Origin: Candidatus Hydrogenedentota bacterium
Lineage (GTDB): Bacteria > Hydrogenedentota > Hydrogenedentia > Hydrogenedentales > CAILVY01
Direction of reading: 5' to 3'
Assembly (NCBI GenBank): GCA_029565395.1
Contig: JAKQOG010000258.1
Coordinates: 20,797-84,796, forward strand
Length of the DNA stretch: 64,000 nucleotides
Positions 46,368 through 55,159 of the stretch are shown here, in pieces. Position 1 is the first letter of the stretch, and every line of letters begins with the position of its first letter. The position numbers and the translations under genes are program-made. The notes below the pieces were generated by a model. The model saw nothing but the letters and a program-made list of their open reading frames with translations, was not told the origin of the DNA and ran no database searches.

Positions 46368-49046
46368 ATGAATACCATGGAAGACAGATCGCCGTCGCGG
46401 ATGGCGGATATCCTCCGCGGAGATGCATGGCCCGCTGCCGCTCTGTTTATTGTGGCCGTTATTTTCAGCATGACCTATCTGGCCGTGTGGACGGAAGTTC
46501 CAGAAGGCTATTGGCAGGGATGGTGGTTGATGCCTTCCGCCGCACTCGCCACCGGTCACTCCTTCGGATGCCCGGAACCTGCCCCCAAGGCCCTTAATGA
46601 ATTTTTAAATCGCCACACCGAAATGTTGCCGACAGGGGTTATTCCTGCAAACACCGGCATGAATCCTCCCAATTACTTCCACAAGGGCCATCGGTATCTT
46701 CTTTATGCCGTTGCTCTGGCATGGTGGATCTTCGGTGTTTCTTGGAAAGCACTTCTTCCCCTGTATGGGGTGTTATGCGGGATGACAATCCTCTCGGCCT
46801 ATGCCCTATTCCGCCTGGGCATGAACCGCTTCCTGGCCGTTTTTTTCTCGTTGGTTTTCCTGATCTCGCCCGCACACCTTCACGGATTGCCCCTGTTGCG
46901 CGACTATGGAAAAGTCCCCTTCATGCTTGCCGCTCTTTTCTTGATGGGATACGCCGTGCTCCGGCCAATGAACTGGCGGTGTTTGATCGCAGTGGCGGCC
47001 GCATTGGGCGCCGTGATAGGCGTCGGCAGGGGATTTCGCATGGACGTGCTGATTTGCCTCCCTGCGGCCATGGTCGTCCTGGCCGTTTTTCTGCCGGGCA
47101 ATCCGCGCACCGAGTGGAAAAGGCGCATAGCCGCTGTATTGGTGATGCTCGCGTGCTTCATTATAACGGCAGGCCCGATCCTGCTCGCCAAGACCTCCGC
47201 GAAAACCTCCGCACACCATGTCCTCGGCGGATTTGTGGAACCCCATGACGTGACGCTGGGCATAGGCGTTACCCCCTATACCTGGATGCCCCTCATGAAT
47301 GATCTCTGTATGTTCTCGTTTATCGAAGCACAAGCCCGGCTAGTGGACAAAACAACCGGCCCCATGCCCTATGAGAGTCAGGCGTATCAGGATGCCGGGA
47401 AACGCTACTTCTTCACCATGCTCAAATATTTCCCGGGAGATATGATTACCCGCGCATACGCATCCGTAGTCAGGCTGTTACAACAAGCCCCTATGTCTTT
47501 CTATGCCGGCAATCCCGACTTCCTCGAAGAAAATCTGTTTATAAACAGAGTCTTGGGCCTGCTTTGGCCAATCTTCTGTCACCTCGGCACTTTCGGACCT
47601 TTCTACGCTGTCGTTGCCTTGATCATACTGAGCGCCCACAATCTCCGTCTTGGCTTCGCCTCCCTCTTTCTTCTGCTCTATTTCGGCGGCTATTCGTGTC
47701 TCCAATTCGCAGGAAGGCACTATTTCCATCTTGCGGTCCTGCCCCTCTGGGCTTTCGGATTTTCTCTCACAATGGCCGTTTTGGCAGTACGAACGCTCCG
47801 AAAGTCACAATGCCGCACCCGCCTCCAAGAAATCCTGAAACACCCCGCATTGTGCTGGACGCCTTCCGTACGGAGGGCAACTTGTTTTACCGCCACTTCT
47901 TTGTTCGTGCTGGTGTTCGCCCTTTTCATTGCCCGGCTTATCCAAGAGCATCAAGTCAAGTTCCTGTATGAACGATACGCTAACGCGAACCTTGAACCAG
48001 TACCGGTGGAGCAAGTCCCTGACACGCCCCGCCCGGGCATGACACTGCTCAAGCCCAAGAACTTGTTTTCCGCGGAAGACAGGGCTAACAGCATGAAAGA
48101 CTGGCAAACCTATCCTGAAGTGCTCGTGGTTGAACTCGACGGCGTATCTGGCGGAAGTTTCTGGTTCTGGCCCCGCTACACCGCCGCGGCGGATGTCATG
48201 AATTTTACTTACAGCCCCAGAGCCGCCCAACTATTCAATGCAAATAATGCCCCCGTGCGACGTTTCATTCCGGTCTTTGATGCGCCCGGTGAATTCCTTA
48301 TCGAGGAAATCGCCGCCATCCAAGGCGGACGGACCTTTGAGGGGCTTGCGGTATTGAGCAGCAATCTGCCGAACATAAAGAATGTGTATCGCGTTCAGGA
48401 TCCGGGTCAGCTCGCGTTTATCATGGAACTCACCCTGACCTCTGAATGGAAAAAACTCCCCTGGCATCAGACAATGCAACCGTATCCGTTGCCCGCGCCT
48501 CTGCGCGCATATCGCGCCGCGTGCCATAACCTCATCACAAACGGAGGCATGGAACGGTGGCCTGAAGAGGAAGCAGCTCCTGCCGGATTTTATGCGCCAA
48601 ATGAACAATCCCATGTAACAAGGGAGGAAGCCGAGGTGGGCGAGGGTGATACTGCACTCCGGCAAACGTGGGACGCTTTTTGTCAAACGGCGGATCCCCT
48701 GAAACGATTCCATTTCATCGTGTCGGGGCTTGAGCCCGATACGGTTTATGAACTCTTCGTCAAAGGAAGAAACCTGTCGCAAGCCCCTGTGGTGCTGGAC
48801 GTTTGGCAGGTGGCCGGTCAGGGCAAGTTTGAGCGCATTTCTCCGCATGTGCTTGACCTTGGACCCTCCGAGTTTATTAAAACAAAATGCGGGCAATTCA
48901 AAACAAAACCCGGAACCTCCGCCACAGTTCTCTTCTCCACATTTCTCCCTGGAGACACTCCGAAAGACGTCTTTCCGCTTAGCGTCATCTGGGATGACTG
49001 GCGCTTGGTAAAAGCGCCGGACTATGGCGAAGTGCGCCGTTGGTGA
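46368..49046 (+). CDS. Polytopic membrane protein, GT-C-like, with C-terminal carbohydrate-binding-like jelly-roll (paralog 2)
   Basis: Collinear with paralog 1: RDYGKVPF, RGFRMD, FPGDMITRAY and ITNGGMERW...VIWDDWRLV. Confidence 0.6.
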   Translation: MNTMEDRSPSRMADILRGDAWPAAALFIVAVIFSMTYLAVWTEVPEGYWQGWWLMPSAALATGHSFGCPEPAPKALNEFLNRHTEMLPTGVIPANTGMNPPNYFHKGHRYLLYAVALAWWIFGVSWKALLPLYGVLCGMTILSAYALFRLGMNRFLAVFFSLVFLISPAHLHGLPLLRDYGKVPFMLAALFLMGYAVLRPMNWRCLIAVAAALGAVIGVGRGFRMDVLICLPAAMVVLAVFLPGNPRTEWKRRIAAVLVMLACFIITAGPILLAKTSAKTSAHHVLGGFVEPHDVTLGIGVTPYTWMPLMNDLCMFSFIEAQARLVDKTTGPMPYESQAYQDAGKRYFFTMLKYFPGDMITRAYASVVRLLQQAPMSFYAGNPDFLEENLFINRVLGLLWPIFCHLGTFGPFYAVVALIILSAHNLRLGFASLFLLLYFGGYSCLQFAGRHYFHLAVLPLWAFGFSLTMAVLAVRTLRKSQCRTRLQEILKHPALCWTPSVRRATCFTATSLFVLVFALFIARLIQEHQVKFLYERYANANLEPVPVEQVPDTPRPGMTLLKPKNLFSAEDRANSMKDWQTYPEVLVVELDGVSGGSFWFWPRYTAAADVMNFTYSPRAAQLFNANNAPVRRFIPVFDAPGEFLIEEIAAIQGGRTFEGLAVLSSNLPNIKNVYRVQDPGQLAFIMELTLTSEWKKLPWHQTMQPYPLPAPLRAYRAACHNLITNGGMERWPEEEAAPAGFYAPNEQSHVTREEAEVGEGDTALRQTWDAFCQTADPLKRFHFIVSGLEPDTVYELFVKGRNLSQAPVVLDVWQVAGQGKFERISPHVLDLGPSEFIKTKCGQFKTKPGTSATVLFSTFLPGDTPKDVFPLSVIWDDWRLVKAPDYGEVRRW

Positions 49047-49110
49047 ACACAGTTCTCCGTGTTTAGACAATTGGCGTCAACCTACACCCCATTTTTAACG
49101 TTTTTGGTTC

Positions 49111-49238
49111 AGGCATTTGCGAAATAGGCCTTTTTCTCAAAAGATCACCGGAAACAGGACAGATTACTCGCATTTCACAGCAAAATCGTTGCCTCTTCAT
49201 CTGCTCAGAGGAGAAAAAAGCCTATTTCGCAAATGCCT
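49111..49238. mobile_element. MITE-like element (128 bp, 28-bp terminal inverted repeats)
   Basis: aggcatttgcgaaataggcctttttctc / gagaaaaaagcctatttcgcaaatgcct (one mismatch) around a non-coding core. Confidence 0.6.
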
Positions 49239-49380
49239 CTGGTTGAAGGATGGTGTCTTTTTTGTTATGATGCCGACAACGTAAAAATCATGTTGCACGG
49301 TGCTGCCGCAGTTCAAACACTGCCGTGCATTCAGCCTCCGATAGGCGGGGCTGCTGAACGAAAATGAGGAGAAGTGAACA

Positions 49381-50061
49381 ATGTACAAATGGCATGTTAT
49401 TGCATTAATGATGGGTGCGTGTTTGATATTTGCCACGGGCTGTGATGCTGCAAAATCGACATCTTCCACAAAAAGAACGGAAAAGAAGGCTGCCCCCGCT
49501 CAAGGAACCACGGCGCCCGCAAAGACCCAGGCACAACCGGCTGCCACCAGTGAGAAAAGCACGGCGCCGGCCAAACCCGCCAAAGAACTTGTCATAAATG
49601 GCTCTATTGAAGACTGGAAGGATGGAAAACCGGCGGGTTGGATTGTTAAGGAAAAGGATGGTGATAAGTTTAAAGACATCACCCTGCAGAAGGGAGAAGA
49701 TGCGGGCAAAGGAAAAGCTTCCATGATTTTGCCCAAAGCAACCCAGGCCGATGGATTCGTCATCGTGAAACAGGATTTTCCGAAAACGGCTATCGTTCCC
49801 GGGAAGAAAGTGACTGTCAAAGGCATGTTCAAAGCCTCCGCACCCGACCAGGTGGCGATCGTTTTTGGTTACACCCGGGATAAAAAAGGCGCGGATACCC
49901 GGAAAGTCCATTCCGGAAGCGGAAAATGGGAAAAGTTGGAATGGAGCTTTATTCTGCCCGCAGGAGTAGACCCTGCATCCTGCAATCTCAACATCTATCG
50001 CCGCGGCGCCGAAGAAGGCGCATCCATGGCGGATGATATCTCTGTCACGATTCAAGAGTAA
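49381..50061 (+). CDS. Lipoprotein with Ala/Pro/Thr/Lys linker and CBM4/9-like domain
   Basis: Lipobox-like ATGC, low-complexity linker and LVINGSIEDW...HSGSGKWEKL...MADDISV. Confidence 0.75.
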   Translation: MYKWHVIALMMGACLIFATGCDAAKSTSSTKRTEKKAAPAQGTTAPAKTQAQPAATSEKSTAPAKPAKELVINGSIEDWKDGKPAGWIVKEKDGDKFKDITLQKGEDAGKGKASMILPKATQADGFVIVKQDFPKTAIVPGKKVTVKGMFKASAPDQVAIVFGYTRDKKGADTRKVHSGSGKWEKLEWSFILPAGVDPASCNLNIYRRGAEEGASMADDISVTIQE

Positions 50062-50089
50062 TCGGCTGTCGGCATCGAACGAAGCATTT

Positions 50090-50130
50090 ATGCCGGCCTC
50101 CTCTGAAGAGCGAGGCCGGCATTTTTATTT
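50090..50130 (+). terminator. Intrinsic terminator
   Basis: atgccggcctc...gaggccggcat stem followed by ttttattt. Confidence 0.8.
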
Positions 50131-50193
50131 ACCCCCTGCATAATGGTTCCCGCACACAACGGGGCGAGTAAATTTCCGCCCGGCTATACCGGA

Positions 50194-51177
50194 TTATTTG
50201 GCCTTTTCAATAACGTCGCTGATGCGGACCGGCGCCCCGCCCTGACGCTTGCTCTCATCGGCCGCTTCCATGAAGGCAAATAGTTCGATAGTCTCCTCCG
50301 CGGAGACAGGCGCCACGCCCGTTTGGAAAAACTTGATAATTTCCACGACCAACGGCGCATAGTCGCCGCTGTTTTCCTGTTCGGCCACCGATTTGCTCCC
50401 AAATACAATCACTTTATGCGGCGTGCCGCTGGTGCGGATGCCGTACAGAACGCCGACGCGGCCATCTTTCCATGTGCCGGTGACGACGTCGGTGTCGGGT
50501 GTGGTGGTGCGCACAACCGATTCACAGCCCACGCCCATAACCGTAAAGAGCGCTTCGGTGGCATGCACGCCGTACCAGAAGAGGTCGGGATGATGCTGCT
50601 CAAGGGAGCAAGGCCCGATGGAGATACAACTCTTCACGCCCCCGATATCCTGTTTCAGGACATTTATAAGCGATTCATAATAGCGGTACGAAGAAGAACT
50701 GAAACACGGGACCTTGCTCTCTTTGGCCAGACGGAAGATTTCAATGGCATCATGCAATGACCCGGCGACAGGCTTGTCGATGAAAACCGGTTTGCCCACT
50801 TTGAATACCGGTTTTACTTGTTCTAAATGCGGACGCCCATCCACGCTCTCCAAAAGCACGGCATCCACATTTTTGCACATTTCCTCGATGGTATCGTAAA
50901 TTTTGACGCCGAATTTCTCCTGGAGGTCCTTGGTGTATCCATCCACGCGCGAAGCGCTTGTTTCGATATCTGGACTGCCGCCCTTGAACGCCGCGACCAC
51001 CTTCCCACCGGGAATATGCGCCTTATTATTGGTATCATTCAGCAAACCGGTGAACGCAATTACATGCGAAGTGTCCAGGCCAATGATCCCAATTTTTAAA
51101 TCTTCGGCGGAAGCCGTCGCGCTGCATACACTCAGCAAAACCAACGGCACAACGGAAAAACATAGCATCTTGTCCAT
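50194..51177 (-). CDS. Secreted Gfo/Idh/MocA-like oxidoreductase
   Basis: Sec-type signal, IGIIGLDTSH, SVDGRPH, FIDKP and WYGVH. Start set at ATG 51177. Confidence 0.85.
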   Translation of the reverse strand: MDKMLCFSVVPLVLLSVCSATASAEDLKIGIIGLDTSHVIAFTGLLNDTNNKAHIPGGKVVAAFKGGSPDIETSASRVDGYTKDLQEKFGVKIYDTIEEMCKNVDAVLLESVDGRPHLEQVKPVFKVGKPVFIDKPVAGSLHDAIEIFRLAKESKVPCFSSSSYRYYESLINVLKQDIGGVKSCISIGPCSLEQHHPDLFWYGVHATEALFTVMGVGCESVVRTTTPDTDVVTGTWKDGRVGVLYGIRTSGTPHKVIVFGSKSVAEQENSGDYAPLVVEIIKFFQTGVAPVSAEETIELFAFMEAADESKRQGGAPVRISDVIEKAK

Positions 51178-51296
51178 GATTCTATCTCCCTTCAAGGTTG
51201 CTGAAACCGCATTCTTGCAGATTTTTGAAATAAAAACAACGCGCCCGTGGCGCTACGGCTATTTTTCCGGTATGCTGTGGGGAAAAGGAATTCACG

Positions 51297-52322
51297 ATGA
51301 CTTCACAACAATGGGAATGTTTGCTCGCCGTAATAGAGGGAGAATCCGTAGACCCCGCACCGGTGGGATTCATCATCGACAGCCCCTGGCTGCCAAACTG
51401 GGCGGGTATGTCCATTCTCGATTATTACACCCATGAGGGATACTGGCTGGACGCGAATCTCAACGTCATGAATCGTTTTCCCGAAGTGATTTTTCTTCCG
51501 GGATTCTGGGCGGAATACGGCATGTGCACCGAACCTTCGGCGTTTGGCGCGAAGTGTCTATGGCACGAAAATGAATTCCCCTTCGCGGAGCGGGTGCTCG
51601 ACTCGCTGGATCGTGTTGCGGGCCTCGCTTGTCCGAATCCACGCACGGACGGTTTGGCACCCTTTGTCTTGAAACGATTGCAGCATGCGGAATCCGCCAT
51701 TCATGCCTCAGGGCACGCCATCCGTTTTGCCGTGGCGCGCGGCCCTCTGAATATCGCAGGTTTCCTTGTTGGAAATACGGAATTCCTGATGGGCATGAAA
51801 ATGCAGCCGGATGCGGTGCACGCGCTGCTCGAAACCATCACGTCATTTCTTGTGGAGTGGGTGCAGGTCCAGGCGGAGGCCTTCCCATCCATCCAAGGTG
51901 TTTTCCTGCTGGATGATCTTGTGGGCTTTTGTGGCAAAGACGATTTTATGGAATTCGCCGTGCCCTATTTGAAGCGGGTGTTTAACGCAATTGACGCGCG
52001 CGTGCGGTTTTTCCACAACGATGCGCACGGGCTGGTGTGCGCACCATTTCTTCGCGAGATGGGGGTGAACCTGTTCAATTTCAGTTACGAACACTCCCTG
52101 AATGAAATGCGCGCGCTGGCCGGAAACGAGGTCACATTTCTTGGCAATTTGCCGCCGCGCGATGTGCTCGCTCAGGGAACTCCGGACGACGTGTTCGCGG
52201 GTGTCCGTGCGATGCTTGCGCCGCTGGAACATACCCGCCGCCTGATCCTGTCCTGCGGAGGCGGAATGCCGCCCGGCGTGGCCACGGAAAATATCGAGGC
52301 GTTTATTGCGGCGGCGCGATAA
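51297..52322 (+). CDS. Uroporphyrinogen decarboxylase (URO-D/MtaA) family protein
   Basis: ARGPLNIA, EFAVPYLKR, FHNDA, FLGNLPP and ILSCGGGMPPG. Confidence 0.85.
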   Translation: MTSQQWECLLAVIEGESVDPAPVGFIIDSPWLPNWAGMSILDYYTHEGYWLDANLNVMNRFPEVIFLPGFWAEYGMCTEPSAFGAKCLWHENEFPFAERVLDSLDRVAGLACPNPRTDGLAPFVLKRLQHAESAIHASGHAIRFAVARGPLNIAGFLVGNTEFLMGMKMQPDAVHALLETITSFLVEWVQVQAEAFPSIQGVFLLDDLVGFCGKDDFMEFAVPYLKRVFNAIDARVRFFHNDAHGLVCAPFLREMGVNLFNFSYEHSLNEMRALAGNEVTFLGNLPPRDVLAQGTPDDVFAGVRAMLAPLEHTRRLILSCGGGMPPGVATENIEAFIAAAR

Positions 52323-54513
52323 AGCCGAGATGCCGCCCCATCCAATACGGCAGCAGCCAGAACGTGGGCGCCCACTCGGTTCTTCCTTCCCCGCCTTGCA
52401 CGGCTGTCCAGGGATTTTTATCACACCGGATCACCCCGCGTTCGCTCGGTGGCAACAAACGGTTGGTTTGCAAATCTTCAAAAATCGGGGCGCGCTGCAT
52501 ATGAATATCTTCCCGCGTGGAGTTGTCAATGGTCCAGTCGATTAGATCGAGCGGAGTATCGCGCAGCATGAACAGCGTATCGTTCAGGTTTGGATCATTA
52601 CCGGTGAGCAGCGCATAGATCATGTTGGCGAACGCATTTTGCTCCTTGCTCGCGCCGGTGTACCAATGATCCAGGCTTTCCCGGTAGAGCGCGCGGAGTT
52701 CCGGATCGGTTTCATACAGCAGCAGGCCCGGATAGGCCAGCGCCAGCAGTTCATCGTCGATATGCGTGCACCACGCCACTTCATAGGTCTTGGCATGCCG
52801 CACGTTTTCCTTGTAGTTGTGCTCATTTAAAAGCCGGAGATACTCGCGCTGATATTTCTCGTCGCCGGTGATGTGCCACGCCGTTTTCAAGTACGACAGA
52901 ATCTCCACGCTGTTGACCCCGCGTTCGATGCGCCAATCGGGATCATCATTGAGCCGCTCTGGAGCCCAAACACCCCAGCGCGTGTGCTTGCCGTCCACGT
53001 CCACCAGCACATAGCCATGGTCGATGACGTAGTCCATCACGCGCCGGACCAGATCTTTCAATGATTCTTTTTGCTCCTCATCCGCCGCCAGATCGTAATA
53101 GAGACCATACCCAAAAAAATGACCGGTTATTTCATCGCTGCTCGTGTCGCCTTTCCAACGCCACTCGCCATTGTGATGCCACCGCTTCTCCACCGGCTTG
53201 TAACGGGGCTCCTCTACCCGCTTTTCCGCGATTTCCGGTTCCGTGTAACTTCTATTGGGATCATGCACATGATTCCAGGTGGTGGGGACGACCGTGCGCG
53301 CGATAAAGCCGCTGGTCTCGGTGACCGACTGTAGAAAACGCATCGCTTCATACGCTTTCCGGGCATTTTCGCGCGCATCGGGATCTTTCGTGGCCGCATA
53401 CCGGAACGATTCCATCACAAGATACATTTCCGTGTATTGCCCATCATTGTCATCGTCCATCGGTTCCCACTTTGAAACGTCTCCTGCCTTGGGCAGCACG
53501 CATTTTTCCACCAGCCATGGCTTGCGCACGTGACGTTTCATGCATATGTCCTGGAAATACTCCGCTTTCTCCGCCAGCGTCATGCGGCGCTGCCGGATCG
53601 CGCTCACGCCTTTTGCCGTGGCGATCCACGCTGTGCCCGCGCCGTCAAACACAATATCGCGCACCTCGTCGCTCAGCAGCCAGCGCCGGCTGTGCCGTAA
53701 CGACCACGAGGCGCCGTCATACCGCGCCACCCCCTGCGCAGTGCCGGCCCACATGCGCCCGTCCGGCCCCTGGACCACGCACTTAGCATATACGCTCGGC
53801 AATCCCTCCTTCGGCGTGAACTCCCCGGCGCGTGCGCCGTCCCTGAACACCGTGATGCCGCCCATTCCAGCAGCCCATACCGCGCCCTCCGGCGATTTTG
53901 CCAAGCCATATACATCCGCCGATAAAATTTCGTCACCCACCTGATGCAGCGTGACGCCCGTGCCGTGCTGATGCGTCAAGCCCACGCCCGTGGCTATCCA
54001 CAATCCCCCCGAACCATCGTCCATCACTGCGCGGATGCTGCGCGCGCACGGCAGTTCATGTGCCGTGATGATCTCGCCCTTCACCTCCCACCACCCGTCC
54101 GGACCAAAGGCCGCAATACCGCCGTTATATACACACAACGCGCCCAGCGGCGCCTGAATAAGATCGATCTTTTTGAAGCCATCCGAATCACTCCGGTAGA
54201 GGCCATCCCACGCGGCAACCCATACCATGCCCGATGTGTCGCACAGAAGATCGAACACTGGCCCTTCCGAAACACCCGCCACCGGACCATGCCACTTGTG
54301 TTCCCCCGCCTCCAAGCGGTACAAACCCGTTTTCGTCCCCGCCCACACCTGATCCGGCCCTTCCGCCAATACACACCGAACATCATTTGCCTCCTCCTGC
54401 TCCTCCGCCGTGATCGGAAACGCCTCATGATATTCCTGCATGAACGGTGTATCCACCACAGCCTCCGGCGCGCCCAATACCGCCATCACACCCAAGCACA
54501 GACTCATCAGCAT
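52303..54513 (-). CDS. Secreted protein: regulatory-propeller repeats plus alpha-helical (GH-like toroid) domain
   Basis: Signal peptide and repeated VWAGT/LWIAT/GLPS propeller blades. C-half has DNDGQYT, WKGDTSSDE and LLPYWMGR. Confidence 0.7.
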   Translation of the reverse strand: MLMSLCLGVMAVLGAPEAVVDTPFMQEYHEAFPITAEEQEEANDVRCVLAEGPDQVWAGTKTGLYRLEAGEHKWHGPVAGVSEGPVFDLLCDTSGMVWVAAWDGLYRSDSDGFKKIDLIQAPLGALCVYNGGIAAFGPDGWWEVKGEIITAHELPCARSIRAVMDDGSGGLWIATGVGLTHQHGTGVTLHQVGDEILSADVYGLAKSPEGAVWAAGMGGITVFRDGARAGEFTPKEGLPSVYAKCVVQGPDGRMWAGTAQGVARYDGASWSLRHSRRWLLSDEVRDIVFDGAGTAWIATAKGVSAIRQRRMTLAEKAEYFQDICMKRHVRKPWLVEKCVLPKAGDVSKWEPMDDDNDGQYTEMYLVMESFRYAATKDPDARENARKAYEAMRFLQSVTETSGFIARTVVPTTWNHVHDPNRSYTEPEIAEKRVEEPRYKPVEKRWHHNGEWRWKGDTSSDEITGHFFGYGLYYDLAADEEQKESLKDLVRRVMDYVIDHGYVLVDVDGKHTRWGVWAPERLNDDPDWRIERGVNSVEILSYLKTAWHITGDEKYQREYLRLLNEHNYKENVRHAKTYEVAWCTHIDDELLALAYPGLLLYETDPELRALYRESLDHWYTGASKEQNAFANMIYALLTGNDPNLNDTLFMLRDTPLDLIDWTIDNSTREDIHMQRAPIFEDLQTNRLLPPSERGVIRCDKNPWTAVQGGEGRTEWAPTFWLLPYWMGRHLGFIAPPQ

Positions 54514-54607
54514 CTTTCAACTCCTTTTTCGGCCATTATAACGAAACATCTGCATGCTAAGTAACACTATCGAAACTTGGCACATCGAATCTAATTATGT
54601 TCATGTT

Positions 54608-54636
54608 TTGAGATTTAATAGTACTTTTGTTATTAT
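54608..54636 (+). promoter_or_regulatory. Sigma70 promoter of the radical SAM operon
   Basis: TTGAGA-N17-TATTAT in an AT-rich intergenic region. GGAGGA RBS before ATG 54695. Confidence 0.6.
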
Positions 54637-54694
54637 TTGTTACATAGGGACGGAAGCTCATATTTGAGGTGGAAATCGTGGGAGGACGGTAAGC

Positions 54695-55159
54695 ATGCAG
54701 GATTCTCTTAACCGAAGAAATTTCCTTGCATATGGCGTGTCAGGTTTTGTTCTTCTGCAGGTTGGCGCTTCTGCGGATAAGCACCACGCATCAACTCAAA
54801 AATCTAACATCCAGCTAAGTGCAAGGCTTATTCGAAATCCTGCATATACGAAAAGTTATCGGGATGGATCTGTTGTTTTATCATGTCGAACATACAAAGG
54901 GGAATCTATCCAATATGCAGTGGATTCACGCGGTGCTCTAGCGTTTGATTCCTTTCCCGGAATTGATACGTATCAAAAGGGCAATCGCCCCGCTTTGACT
55001 GATATTCTTGAGATAATCCGGACGGCTTATCCGGATGACAACAGGGGACAACAGAAAAAGGATTTTCTTCGATTCACGGAACAAATGGTTGCGTCTGGAA
55101 TTCTGATGAATGAGGGGTGTCACGTGCGATGCAATTGGCGCGAAAAGAGTGCGTTTTAA
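54695..55159 (+). CDS. PqqD/RRE-like protein with twin-arginine signal peptide
   Basis: N-terminus MQDSLNRRNFLAYGVSGFVLLQVGASA. Body RNP...GSVVL...YAVDSRGALAF...LTDILEIIRTAYPD...KDFLRFTEQMVASGIL follows the PqqD three-strand/three-helix pattern. Confidence 0.65.
   Translation: MQDSLNRRNFLAYGVSGFVLLQVGASADKHHASTQKSNIQLSARLIRNPAYTKSYRDGSVVLSCRTYKGESIQYAVDSRGALAFDSFPGIDTYQKGNRPALTDILEIIRTAYPDDNRGQQKKDFLRFTEQMVASGILMNEGCHVRCNWREKSAF

Noticed and set aside
54577-54592. TTGGCAC as a sigma54 promoter for the rSAM operon
   Set aside because: The -12 position reads CT, not GC. A better sigma70 match lies at 54608-54636.
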